A DNA stretch of 64,000 bases from Callorhinchus milii (lineage: Eukaryota), in assembly GCF_018977255.1 (NCBI RefSeq), contig NW_024704743.1:29824001-29888000 (forward strand). Direction: 5' to 3'. Below, piece after piece: positions 49,887-61,895 of this stretch. Each line of letters begins with the position of its first letter. Within the stretch, counting starts at the first letter, position 1. The notes under the pieces are model-generated. The model was given only the letters and a program-made list of their open reading frames with translations. It was not told the origin of the DNA and searched no databases. The position numbers and the translations under genes were made by a program.

Positions 49887-51637
49887 GATGGCAATTTTAA
49901 GGTGAAAAGTAAAGTCGTAAAGCCTATTGTACTTGAAAATATTGATGTAAAATTACAATTTGAGGAAATAATTCAGGGTTCGGTCTATCTCGGTGTATCA
50001 GGTTTGATGTCCCGTCAGGTTTAATAGTTTAAAAATGCTTGGGTTGATATCAAAATATTCCTTCACGCATTCTGTTCATTATTTAAGGAATGTACTAAGA
50101 TATATTTTTAAATGCTCCTCATCTGACTTCTAAACAATGGGAGGTGTCCAAATCTTCCTGAGAAGCTAAGGCTGCTGCCATTTTGGCTTCCTACTTAAAA
50201 GGATGTTTTTTGAGAGCCAAAAATGGCCTTTTCGCTCTTATTCAGCAGATACTAGGCTCACTCAGATTACTGGGTGTTGGGCTCTCAGATGATTTGACTA
50301 GCTATTGAACAAACACAAATTACTGATTAGATACTGGACAAACTCAGATTACTGACTTTGGATACATTGATCATACAGATTATTCATAGGATGCTGGTCT
50401 GGGCATGGACCAACATCTCTCCAATAATTCCAAATGGCTGTTTTCAGAACTTGAAAGTGCTCCTCCCTAAGGGGATGACATGCGGGGCTTGGGCACCATC
50501 ATTATTTAGAAGTCGGGTGAGGAGTATTTTAAAACACATTTAATGACAGAAGTCCCTTAAATAAGAAATGAAATGTGTTTCAGAGTAATGCAATGTTGTC
50601 TCCACCGTGCCTTTGATTGGCTCAAATCGGTAATCTCTGGCACACTGGCTCATTTTATAATAATTAACCTTGGTTTAACTCCATATCACGTCATCGAGAT
50701 GTCTCAAAGAGCTGCACATGATATACTATAAAGTAGTGTGACTGGTTATTTTGTAGGCAAAAGGTTGGGGTTTAAGGTGACATTGTGGGGACAGAGTGAA
50801 GGGAGCTTTATTCCCCAGCTGTCTGCTACACCTGATCTGGGAGTGCTTGATGCTGATAATGGGTTCCTGAATTGGAAAAGATGTTTCCATTTCTCAGCAT
50901 TAACATTGTTCCCGCTCAAGAATATAGAACGTTTTATAATAACACATCCTTTGGTCATTGTCTTCTACTTCTTTACCTGTGTGACTGTAGATATCTTGGA
51001 ATTACGGGAAAAGCGTGGAAATATTTGTGTATTTTTTAAAACAGAATGTCCAAAGTTCCAAGACATCTGCAGTCCCAATAAAGCCCAGTTGTTGCCTTGA
51101 AAATAAGTGGGAAAATAGGATATTTTCGTTCTATCTCTTCCTCCCTAACTCCAGTGTTTCAGTACATTTAACAATAAAGCTTACAGTTGGTCTGCCTGTA
51201 TATTTTAAGTAAAGTTCTATTGAGCATTGAAAATAAAGGTGATATCAATTTCCTAATAAAAAAAGATCAATTTTATTCTTTCCCAATATGAGTTGCTAAC
51301 TTTTGCTGTGGAGTGTTGGTGTACTGAGGTACAAAGGCTGCAGTCCAGAAGATTATGGAATCAATTCCCCAACCCCCACCCCCCCCCACCACCCCGGCCT
51401 TGCTGCACTGATTTCCTGATCTTCGCTCTATTGCTGTGGAAAGTAGAAGTTGGAGGAGAATTTCTGTGGGCTGAAATTCCATGCGCCCAGGCAGTACGTT
51501 GGCAAGTGTAAAAGGGACAAGGTTATCACAGCCTCTTAAGAGAGCATGTTATCTCGGGTCTCTTAAGAGAAAATCCACCATCTTGAACACTGTCCAGCTA
51601 GGATCACCCTACCTATTGGGGCTTCAGCTTGCAGGAT

Positions 51638-52212
51638 TAACAACAACAATTTACACTTGTATAGCGCCCTGCATGTTAGAAAGACGTCCCATGGCACTGG
51701 ACAATTGGGTTTTGGACCCAAGCTGGGATTGGGGTCAGAAAGGTAGGGCGGTGGGGGTGGTAGACTTGCCAAAGGCATGGTGGAAGAGGAAGGTCTTCAG
51801 AGGGTTCTTGAAGGAGCCAAGAGAGTAGGTGAGGTGGAGGGATTGCGGGATAGAGTTCCAGAGCGTGGGGGCAGAGATGCTGAATGCTTGACCACCAATG
51901 GGAACTGAAACAGGCCAGTGTCTGCCAAACAGAGGAAGTGAACAGGCTGATACAAGGTTATGAGGTTGGAGAGGTGGTGGGGGGGGAGCAAGACCATGGA
52001 GGGCTTTGAAGGTAGGAATGAATGTTTCATACTGTGGAAAGGTGGAATGGGTCATGGCACAAATGTGGGGTTTGAACGATAGATGAGAGTCGAAAAAGAC
52101 ACTGAGGTTTCAGATTGGCTCAGTTCGGTGAAGAGTGCAGCCACGAATGGTGATAGTGTCAGCAGCTTGAGGTGAGGAGGCGCTGCCGGGAGCCAAGCAG
52201 GACTCCTTGCTA
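51638..52212 (-). mobile_element. L2 3' fragment with (TTG)n tail
   Basis: [18 protein letters not shown]; tail stem-loop. Confidence 0.85.
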
Positions 52213-53104
52213 TTTAACCGGAGCTGAGTGGGAAGAATCCCTGTACCCCCTGACTGGTTAGCCCTTCCAAGTCCCGCTGATGAGCCAGGATGGTTGCGCT
52301 GTCATCAGCAGTGGCCTGGAATACTGCGGACCCGCCTGGCTCAGGAGCCAGACTCCCGAGACCGCCACAGAGGCCTGGCTCGAGTCCGACATTCCATTGC
52401 CAAGCGTGACACCTCATCTTCAAAGAGACCCCACTTACCTCTCCCCCAAGGAGAATAGTCACTAGTTATTTGACAAAATTATGAAATGTTGCAAATTTCA
52501 CCTTATTGTTGCAGAATGGTGCTGCCCACGTTCTCACTTATGGTCTCGTACATACATTGGGCTCCCAAACAAACCTTATAACTGAGGAATCAGATGAAGG
52601 ATCAAGTCCCGTTGAACCCTGATCTCTATCCAACCCCCCACCACCCCCATTTTATTCCTGCCTTCCAAACCGTCGTATTGTCTATTTAATCCCAACTTTG
52701 GTCAACATCCTCAACCCTCCCTTCTTGGCGATCTCATACTCTCTGTGAAGCACTTTCAAGGCATTATCCTATGTGGAATTTGGCTGTGCATTTCAAACAG
52801 TTGTTGCATTTAACCAATGAAAGGGATCACTGGTGAGTCTGTCTGCTTTATATTGGATGTTTAATTGCACAGTGTGTTTTAAGGACACCGGTAAGTATAA
52901 TAATAATCCTCGCATCTGATATAGCGCCTTATCACATTATCGAGACATCTCAAAGTGCTTCACGGGATTGTATTGCAAAGTGGAATGAGTGTCTGTCTGT
53001 CTGTGTCTGAGACACATATCCAGTGAGAGCGACCGAACAACATCATGTGTGGAGGCGACCAGGACTCCAGAGTGCCTTTATCTCCCCACCCAGCAGTGAG
53101 AGCA

Positions 53105-53463
53105 GTGTGTGTGGTGTGGGTGGGTGGGTGGGTGGTGTGGTGGGTGGGTGTGGTGTGTGTGGGTGGGTGGTGGGTGGGTGTGGTGTGTGTGGGTAGTGGT
53201 GGTGTGTGTGTGTGTGTGTGTGTGTGTTTGGAGCAGATGCAGTGAGATCACACTTATTGGACAAACAGAAATGCGCGATGCGCTCACATCCATCCCCCAG
53301 AGCCAGACTCTCCCTGTGCTCTGTGCACCAGAGGCTGATGCACACACACACACACACACACACACAGCGGCTGCTTGGCGTGGCTTGGCTTGGCGTGGCT
53401 TGGCTTGGCTTGGCGTGGCTTGGCTTGGCTTGGCTTGGCGTGGCTTGGCTTGGCTTGGCTTGG
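53105..53463. repeat. GT/GGGT repeats, (CA)n and a (TGGCT/TGGCG)n pentamer array
   Basis: Directly visible. Confidence 0.93.
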
Positions 53464-53674
53464 TTGCACTCGGGGCTTTCACAGATGACTGAAGACGGCA
53501 GGTGGAGGATGCACAGTGCGCGGGGAGGTGATGGGGAGGTGATGGGGAGGTGGTGGTGGGGCGAAGCGATGTCTCTGCCGATTCATTGAGAGCTGAAAGG
53601 CCGCCCCCTGTGAGAGAGGCAGAGAGAGAGAGAGAGAGGGAGAGAGAGACCGGCGAGTGTCTGTGGCTGCACAG
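53270..53674 (+). promoter_or_regulatory. KIAA0319: Probable KIAA0319 promoter / non-coding first exon
   Basis: Local CpG enrichment and a strong donor CAG|gtaaga at 53674; synteny with TDP2; start position unknown. Confidence 0.45.
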
Positions 53675-53963
53675 GTAAGAGACTCGAGCCCGTCCCATCA
53701 GAGCATCCATCCACCTCCTGACTGAAGCATCCTTCACTGCTGCGGTGTTGTTTGGTTTGCACGTCGATGTATGCAATGGATGGACGCAGCTGTATGTGTG
53801 TGTGTGTGTGTGTGTGCAAGAGCTGGACTTGTTCCCTCACCAGACTCTTGCAGAGTCAGTGTCAGCCTATTTCTGCATCTCTTGTTAGATGAGCGGATTA
53901 AGTGCCAATGGTTGGGTAGGTGGCAATGGGAGCAAGTCAGGTTGGATAATGATAAATCGTGGA

Positions 53964-53964
<1 letters not shown>

Positions 53965-53994
<30 letters not shown>

Positions 53995-54288
53995 CCTTGC
54001 ATTTGATATAGCGCTTTCCACGTCTTCCAGACGTCCCAAAGCGCTTCGCAGAATATACGGTAAAGCGAATTGACTGTATATCTGTGGGCGAACGCGGCAG
54101 CCAATTGTCCCACAAACAGTCATGGATTGAAGATGACCAATTTATGATTGGGTTTTTTTTGTTTTGGAGGGATTATTATTAGGCGTGTGGAGTAAGGAAA
54201 CTTGCCCAAGGTTTCGCCCCTCCTGGAATTGAACTCAGGTCTCTCACTTGCAAAGCGAGTGCTCTAACCATTGAGCTACAGGACTCCC
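53965..54288 (-). mobile_element. Full-length young tRNA-Ala-like SINE
   Basis: Reverse complement of the 36547 family with a small internal deletion. Confidence 0.92.
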
Positions 54289-55383
54289 GACTTGGAAAAG
54301 CCTCATCCCCAGCAAGTCAGGGCCACTGACTGAGATCTCAGCTCTCTGTGCAGGGAGCTTGTCTCACACACATTGAGTTTAATAAACAGAGAGATTGGTT
54401 CGCTTGTGCGACCTGTTGGTCAGGAGGAGCATTTCCTATTTCATGTGCGCACCAGCCACACAAAAGGGTCAGTCACTGAACCTCTGGATCACTTCCCAGT
54501 ATTAAACCCAACCCAAGAGGCAGGCTGACTTGCAGTTTACTCGGATCTAACCAACACACAGCAGCCTGATTCGATGGTCTTGTATCAGCCCAGTTCATTC
54601 AACTGGAGCTAACGGGAGAAAACTCGTTCAAATGCAAAACAAAAGCCAGCAAGAGAGTGGGAGAAATGAACATAGCAGATCCAAAGACTTGAGGATTAAC
54701 ACAAATCAAATCACCTCTCCTGTCTCTATATCTGCGCACAGAACAATAGTTTGCAGAAGAATATTTTGACTTAATAATAATAATCCTTGTATTTCATTTG
54801 GCGCCTTATCACGTGGTTTAGAAGTCTCAAAGCGCTTCACAGGATATATTGTGAAGTGAATTGACTGTATTTTATAGGCGAAACTTTGAGTGTTTTTTTT
54901 CCGTAAGTACGGAGCTGGCTGGAATGGGAAGCGTTCTTATTATGGCAACAACAAACAACAATAAATTGCATTATTTAGTGGCTTTCACATCAGAAGGACG
55001 TCCCCCAAGGTGGGGGCTAGATTCAAGAAAGGTGGAGGGCAAGGGGTGGAGGTGGGAGGATAACTGAAGACACAGATTCGCTGCTACATCAGATTTACAA
55101 GCTGTAAAAGATTTTTAAAGGCACAACAGTGCAGCTGGGCTGTGAAAAACATGTAGCGAGAGTTTTACATAAATTTGAAACAGAACCTTTCAGACCCCTT
55201 CCCCCACCTGAGACTGTATTACATCAGAGTCTTGGGACGTCCTCTTAACATGAAAAGCGTTATTACAAATATAATTTGTTGTTGTTACAACAGGGTCAGC
55301 CAGGCTGGAAGAGAATCGAGGTAATTTAGTTTGCAGTAAATGTGGCTTGTTGGTTGATATTACAAGACTTTGTGATTCTAGAT

Positions 55384-55559
55384 CAATGTTTCTCAACCTT
55401 CCTGATATTAGGGATCAGCTCAGTTTTATCTACAAACGTGGTGGACCATTCGTAAAAGAACCGGTCATGTCACTAAACTAAAGAGTGTTATGGTATGGAC
55501 CGCCTCTGAGGTTATCATAGATTAGTTTCTGTTCTTGGACTGGCTGTTGAAGAGCCCTG
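55384..55559. mobile_element. Possible hAT-type MITE remnant
   Basis: Imperfect termini CAATGTTTCTCAAC...GTTGAAGAGCCCTG; left flank TTCTAGAT. Confidence 0.35.
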
Positions 55560-56119
55560 TGCTCGCTGCACATAGAGGTTTTCATATGGACAGATTTAGC
55601 TACTGTTATTCCCAAAAGGTTTTGTTAGTCATACTGCAAGTAAATATGAACTGATAGAAGCCTCCTGCTTCTCCTGTGTGAATTATGGTACAATGTCTGG
55701 GAGAAGCACAGGGAACTCATCTGTGTGACTAATATATTCCAGAATTGCCAAGCAATTGCCAAGCTTACTGCTTTACCTTTCCCTTGAACTTTTTTTTATA
55801 TTCTGAGGCTTCATCTGATTTTCACTTTCAACACAAGTCCAGGTACACAGAGACCAGTTGTAGTCCAACTGTGGGTTGGACTACAACTGGTTACACTACA
55901 CTGTTTTCCAAGCACAAAGCAGTTGTGAAGTCTCCACCTCAGTGGTGATTTCTCTATCTTACTCGTAGGGTAAGCTGAAAAATCCCTGACATGAAAGGAG
56001 CTATACACATGAAATTTGGTATTGTATTGTGTCCCTGGCAGCAGAGGAAGCCTCAATTGGAAGAGAAGAAAAATTGTTTTGCTTCCCACCCCCCTAAAAA
56101 CAATTCTCAACCCCCTAAA

Positions 56120-57226
56120 AACAGCCTGAAAAAACCTTCCCTGGACCCATCCCTCCTCTCCATCTCTAATCTCACATTCCTCTCCAAGGTCCTAGAATGA
56201 GTCGTCGGGTCCCAGCTCCGCTCCTTTCTTTCTCGCTATTCTTTCTTTGAACCCCTCCAATCCGGCTTCCGCGCTGCCCACAGCACGGAAACAGCCCTGG
56301 TCAAAGTCACTAATGACATTCTGAACATCTGTGATCAGGGCTTCCTTTGCCTCCTTGTCCTCCTCGACCTCTCTGCCGCCTTCGACACTGTCGACCACTC
56401 CATCCTCATACACCGCCTCTCCTCTTTACTTAATCTTCGCGGACCTGCCCTTGCCTGGTTCGATTCCTATCTTTCTCACCATCTCCACTTTGTTGCCTCT
56501 AATGGTTTATCCTCCAGCCCCCACACTGTCATGTCTGGCATCCCCCAGGGCTCTGTACTTGGCCCTCTCCTCTTTAATATCTAGATGCTCTCTCTTAGTG
56601 ACATCATCCGCAGACATGGGGTCAACTTCCACGTGTATGCGGATGACACCCAACTCTATCTTTCTGCCTCCACCCTCAACTCCAGGACCACTGCTGTCCT
56701 GACAGACTGTCTGTCGGACATCAAGTCCTGGATGAGGGCAAATTTCCTACAGTTGAAAGTGAACAAGACTGAATCCCTCCTGATTGGCTCGCGCCAGCGC
56801 CTCTGCACCTCAGGCTCTGGCAGCATCAACCTCCATGGTTACACACTACAACTCACCGCCAGTCAGGACCCTTGGTGTCTTGTTTGACCTTCAACTGTCT
56901 TCTTCCCCACATTCAAGCCATGACCCGCTCTGCCTTCCCTCACCTCTGTAACATCGCCCGACTCCACCACTTCTCACCCCTCAGGCCGCTGAAACTCTTG
57001 TTCATGCCTTCATTACCTCCAGGCTCGATATGCAAATGCCCTGCTTGTCGGCCTTCCCAACTCCTCCCTCCACAGGCTGCAGATAATCCAGAACTCTGCA
57101 GCCCGTGTCCTCTCCCGCACCAAACTCCGTGACCCCATTTCCCCCACTCTCAGTCGACTCCATTGGCTACTTTTCCTTCAGAGGATCCAGTTCAAGATCC
57201 TGGTCCTCACCTACAAAGCCCTACAA
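56120..57226 (+). mobile_element. L2 RT fragment (degenerate)
   Basis: QSGFRAAHSTETAL, LLDLSAAFDTVDH, YADDTQL; contains stops and frameshifts. Confidence 0.93.
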
Positions 57227-58139
57227 AGGCTCAAAGCGCTTCACAGAATATATTGTAAAGTGGATTGACTGTGTATTTTGTGACGCAAAATAAATGGATT
57301 AAAATAAATGAAACAAAATGGAACAAAACCGTGTGAGATTTGGTGTCTCAGGTTCTCGCCCCTAGTGTTTGAGAGCAGGAGAGCCTGTCACTCTTACGGA
57401 CACTGTAACCCCAACCTGCCTGCTTTAAAAGGCCATCATATTCATTTTCTATGGATTTGGACGATTCTCCTCGACTGGTTAGGTTTCCCCGATGGATTGA
57501 TGTGTTCCTGATTGCTTCTTGGCTTCTCTCAGCACGCTTGCTGAACCAGAGCCTGCTTCCTGTGGCGCTGCCAAGCTGTGTTCTGAGAGGAAGTGCAGCT
57601 AATTATTTCACCACAGGATCTACAATCAGAAGGACTCTGTTGGTTGTTCTCCAACTCAGCGCTTTGGGACATTCTCCCGACGTGAAAGCTGCTCTATAAA
57701 TTTAATTTTGTTGTTGTTGTTGGTGCAAACTTGCCCTAAAATGTAGTGTAGCTTCCCCTTCCCCGTCTGCACGTGCTATTTTTCATTACTTTGTTTCAAG
57801 ATATATTTTATTTCGCCAACGCATGCACTATTGCAGCACAAACATCAATACAGTACAGTTTATATTTATATAACGCCTTTCATATTGGGAGGATGTCTGA
57901 AGAGTATGTCAGGTGAATAGCCTGCTCCAAGTCCTCTGCCTCTGGGAGGCTATGCACAAGAATGCTCCACGGTGACTCAGTGGTGAACTATTTGACTGCT
58001 GCTTTGAGCCTCCTCATTCTTGAGGTTTGCAAAGTCAATGTGTGGAGCCCCCACTGATGACAATGTGTGTATGACCATTTGTTGGCACAGCGCAATTAAG
58101 CTCCAATCCATTATATTGTCCTTCAGGAACATCCATTGC

Positions 58140-58620
58140 AAATGGGAATAGATCAGAGAAATTACAGCACAGGAGGAGGCCATTTCAGCCTACACTGGCG
58201 CTAGTTTACCCACTGGAGCTAACGACTCTGAACCAAATTCCCTTCTCTTTCCTTGTTTTCTATTATTCCTCATCAAATGTTTTATCCAATTCCCTTTTAA
58301 TTGTCTTGGTCTCCGTTTGAATCGCTATTTGTGGCAAAGTGTTCCATAGAACCGTAAAACCATAGAAATTTGCAGCACAGAAATTTGCATAAAACCATAG
58401 AAATCTGATGGCCATTCGGCTAATCATGTCTGCACTGGGTACTTTAAGAGCAAACCTTACAGGAACATTTACACACCTTTTCCCCATATCTCTAAAGTTG
58501 ACTCCTTTTTCGTTGATTAGTTCCCATTTGAAAGCTATTTTCAAAGGATATTTCGATAAACCTCAGTGTGGACAAGTTTATTTTAACCTACTCTTTAGCT
58601 CTTCAAACCTGTCACAGCTT
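58140..58620 (-). mobile_element. Nested CR1 3'-end fragments
   Basis: ACAGCACAGGAGGAGGCCATTTCAGCC and AACCATAGAAAT tail repeats. Confidence 0.6.
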
Positions 58621-59334
58621 TTCTCAGCATTCTCTATTTTATTGATATATTATGATTGTTGCTCTTCTAAACTTAGTGGGGTCAAGTGTATAAAGAACAT
58701 AGATACCAGCTAAGTTCCTTGAAGAATAGACTCAGATTATACTGGTATAGTTAAGTAGTGGCAACAGTTAGGCATAGAGATGTCCAGTTGGCAGATAAAG
58801 AGTTCCATAGAACCATAGAAATTTGATTTTATGGCCAACTGCTGTGCGAAATTGGCTACCACATTTCGCCCACAAAATACAAGTCAATACACTTGACCAT
58901 ATATCCTGTAAAGTGCTTTGAGACGTCTTGAAGATGTGATAAAGCACTATATCAAATGCAAGGATTATTTATTTATATTTTAATAAGAAATATTGGGATA
59001 AGTTGAAAAATCTATTATTTGGCAAACTATCTCTGTGAATGGAATGAGGCTATGTTGTGACAGAGATCCTGTACAGAGAAAATCATTGTCAGCTTCAGTC
59101 AGAAGCACAGATATAAAATAAGTCTTCAAGTGTAACAAGAGTACTGTACCTTATAGAACTGTCTAATGAATAAATGAGTCCATATACATCAATGATATTG
59201 ATCTTATTGATATGTGCATTATATTGTTGGTTGATGATATTCTCATGTGTTGTCAGAATTGCCATTGAAGCAAGAAAGAGAAAAGTGGACTAAAAGGTGC
59301 TGATGCCTGTTACTTAAAAGCTTTCCTTGGAAAA

Positions 59335-59386
59335 ATGCCTTCCCTGCTGTGTGCCCTTGGTGTTCTGTTGGTGTGGACAGTAGCAG
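59335..59386 (+). CDS. KIAA0319: KIAA0319 first coding exon: signal peptide MPSLLCALGVLLVWTVA(G); gene continues beyond the window
   Basis: Acceptor tgtcag| at 59256; in-frame upstream stop; hydrophobic peptide ending TVA-G with a phase-1 donor, like recalled human MAPPTGVLSSLLLLVTIAG; expected synteny and strand. Confidence 0.62.
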
Positions 59387-59992
59387 GTTTGTTATTAAAT
59401 ATATGCTTCCTTTTACTTCCTTATCAAGTTACATCTTTGTTCTTTCACTGTCTTTCTTTATCTGATGTTATTTTAAGATGAGCATCGACAGAGGCATTAT
59501 ATTTAGGCCAATTCTGTTCACTACATTTATCTTCCAGCTGTTAGACTCCACCATGCAGTGCAGTTAGAGAACATTGCTTGTCCACGCTGCTCTTGAATAG
59601 GGCAGAGTAAAGCTTTCCCCTGAGTGCTGATTTCATTTCTAAAACTGGAAAACTGATAGAAGGATAGAACTTTAAAGGCAATATAAGTGGGCCACTTGAG
59701 TTCTTTTTAAAGTATATTTTTTAAGGAGCTTGCTTTGCACTGGCTATGATGCACAGCCCCACTGGTGCAAGTCCATCTGTTCTAGCTGCTCTGTTGTTTG
59801 ATGTCAAACTGCATCACACTTTTTTGGGGTCAGCTGGGTGTCTGACACATGCTTCCTCCCATTACCATGCTTTAGAGTATCCAAACCAAACTGAGCTTTC
59901 CATGCATCCCGCATGGAAATTCCAGAAGTAATGGAATGTGCGCTCGCTCCCTGGAGGGAAACATCCTCGTGCCTAATACCCAAGTGTGTCAC

Positions 59993-60165
59993 AATAATCA
60001 TTGCATTTGATATAGCGCCTTATTACATCATGAGAAATCTCAAAGTGCTTCACAGAATATATTGTAAAGTGAATTGAGTGTATATTTTGTGGGTGAAACC
60101 CGGCAGCCAATTGCACACAACAGTGCCTCACAAGTAGTCATTGATTGCGTGACCAAATTATTACT
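59993..60165 (-). mobile_element. SINE 3' half inserted in the unclassified repeat
   Basis: Tail plus Deu-type 3' body. Confidence 0.82.
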
Positions 60166-60489
60166 TTTTTTTATCTGTATAAGGTGTAGGTTGGCAAGAT
60201 CCAAGGCCTGGGGACCCCTGATTGTGTGTTGGGATAATGTTGGAGTCTAACCAACTAAAACCCCATAGCTTGACATTGAGAGCAAGCTTTCCTGCTGGTT
60301 ATCCAGCGAGGACCACCCTGCCCATCATCACGCTGCAGGCTTGACATCGATGTGGTGTAATAGATTCTGCTGCAAAGGTGCAATATCCTGAAACATAACT
60401 GGGACGTTAGTAATGTATTCAGGTGACCCAGTTTGCAGTCATATCTAGTTAAACAATGTTAAAATTCACCACCAGAAATTGTCATCAAA

Positions 60490-60630
60490 CAGATATGGGG
60501 ATATGGGGATAGGGCAGGTAATCAGAATTAGGTGAGAAGATCAGCCATGATCTTATTGAATGGCGGAGCAGGCACGAAGGGCCGAATGGCCTACTCCTGC
60601 TCCTAATTCTTATGTTCTTATGTTCTTATT
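60490..60630 (+). mobile_element. CR1 3' end with (TTCTTATG)n tail
   Basis: GGGCCGAATGGCCTACTCCTGCTCCTAATTCTTATGTTCTTATG. Confidence 0.85.
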
Positions 60631-60929
60631 GCCATTCTTATGGGATTGTACCTTTCGATCAGTATTTTCAGAAAAATATACACCACCAAGTTGGATATCA
60701 CATTAAGGTTTACTTTGTCGGTTCACTAAGTGGACTTTTCTGGTGAAAGTTTAGAGATTGAAAGAGCATTCCGAGAGAAATCAACAACAATGAAAAGATG
60801 CTTAGACGATGCTTAGGTTGCTCATGTTTACATATTAATGATCTGTATTGGTTCATGCTGTACACTTTCAAAGAATAAACAACAGCTTGCATGTATATAA
60901 CGCCTCTCACGAAGGGTAGAGTCCCAGGG

Positions 60930-61330
60930 CATAATACTCTATGTATTTCATATTACTGATTATCACATCATTGAAACATCTCAAAGTACTTAACGGGATT
61001 TATTGTAAAGTCCAGTGACTTTATATTTATCAATAAACGTAGCAGCCAATTTCTCCCAGCAATGTCCTACAAATAACCTTGAAGTGAATGATAAATTTGT
61101 ATCTCTCTGGGATTATTGGCTAGAACACCAGGAGAAACTTCCTTCAAAAGTAGTGTCATGGGATCTTTAACATCCATCTGAACATGACATTGGTTTAACA
61201 TCTTATCCAAAGGATGGCACCTCTGGCAATGCAGTACATAACCAGCACTGCGTAGAAGTGTCAGCCTAGACTATGAGCTCAAAGTCCTAATGTAGGGCTT
61301 CAATACATAATCTTCTGACTCAAAGGCAAA
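60930..61330 (-). mobile_element. Older Deu-domain SINE
   Basis: Homologous to 43005-43420. Confidence 0.75.
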
Positions 61331-61616
61331 AAAGATGAGGTTTTCTGTGCAATTCCAAAGCTGCAATAGATCTTGAGTGAAGTAGAATCACTCTGCTTTC
61401 ACTCTGTGTTTCAATTAGCCTTTAATTATAATAATAATAGTCCTTGTATTTGATATAATGCCTTATCATGTCTTTGATAGTGTCAAGGAGGCCAAAGGAG
61501 GGTCCTGTTACTCAGCAGGAGATTAGTGTCTGAGTGGAGTTCCAGCTCCAACACATCTGGATAATTCCAGGATTTATTGGCTACCAATCAATTGCTGAAT
61601 CTCAGAAATTGCATTC

Positions 61617-61895
61617 AACAACAACAACAACTTTGATTTATATAGCGCCCTCCACGCCAGGCGGCATCTCAGAGTGCTTCACAGTAATGGATCCCGGGGG
61701 GAGGGGGAGGAAGGTGACCAAGGGCACGGTTGAAAAGAAAGGTCTTCGGCAGAGACCTGAAAATAGGAAGGGAGGGAGCGAGTGAAGGGAGTGAGGAAGG
61801 GAGTTCCAAAGCCTCGGGGCATAGTGGCTGAAGGCACGGCCGCCGAGGGTGGAGCGGAGAACGTGGGGGACGAGGAGGAGGCCAGACCCAGAGCA
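61617..61895 (-). mobile_element. L2 3' end
   Basis: GGRAFSHYAPRLWNSLP; (TTG)n tail. Confidence 0.85.

Noticed and set aside
50177..50230. Short inverted repeats (also about 41361-41401 and 36008-36035)
   Set aside because: Arms of 11-13 bp with mismatches; not distinguishable from background or MITE debris.
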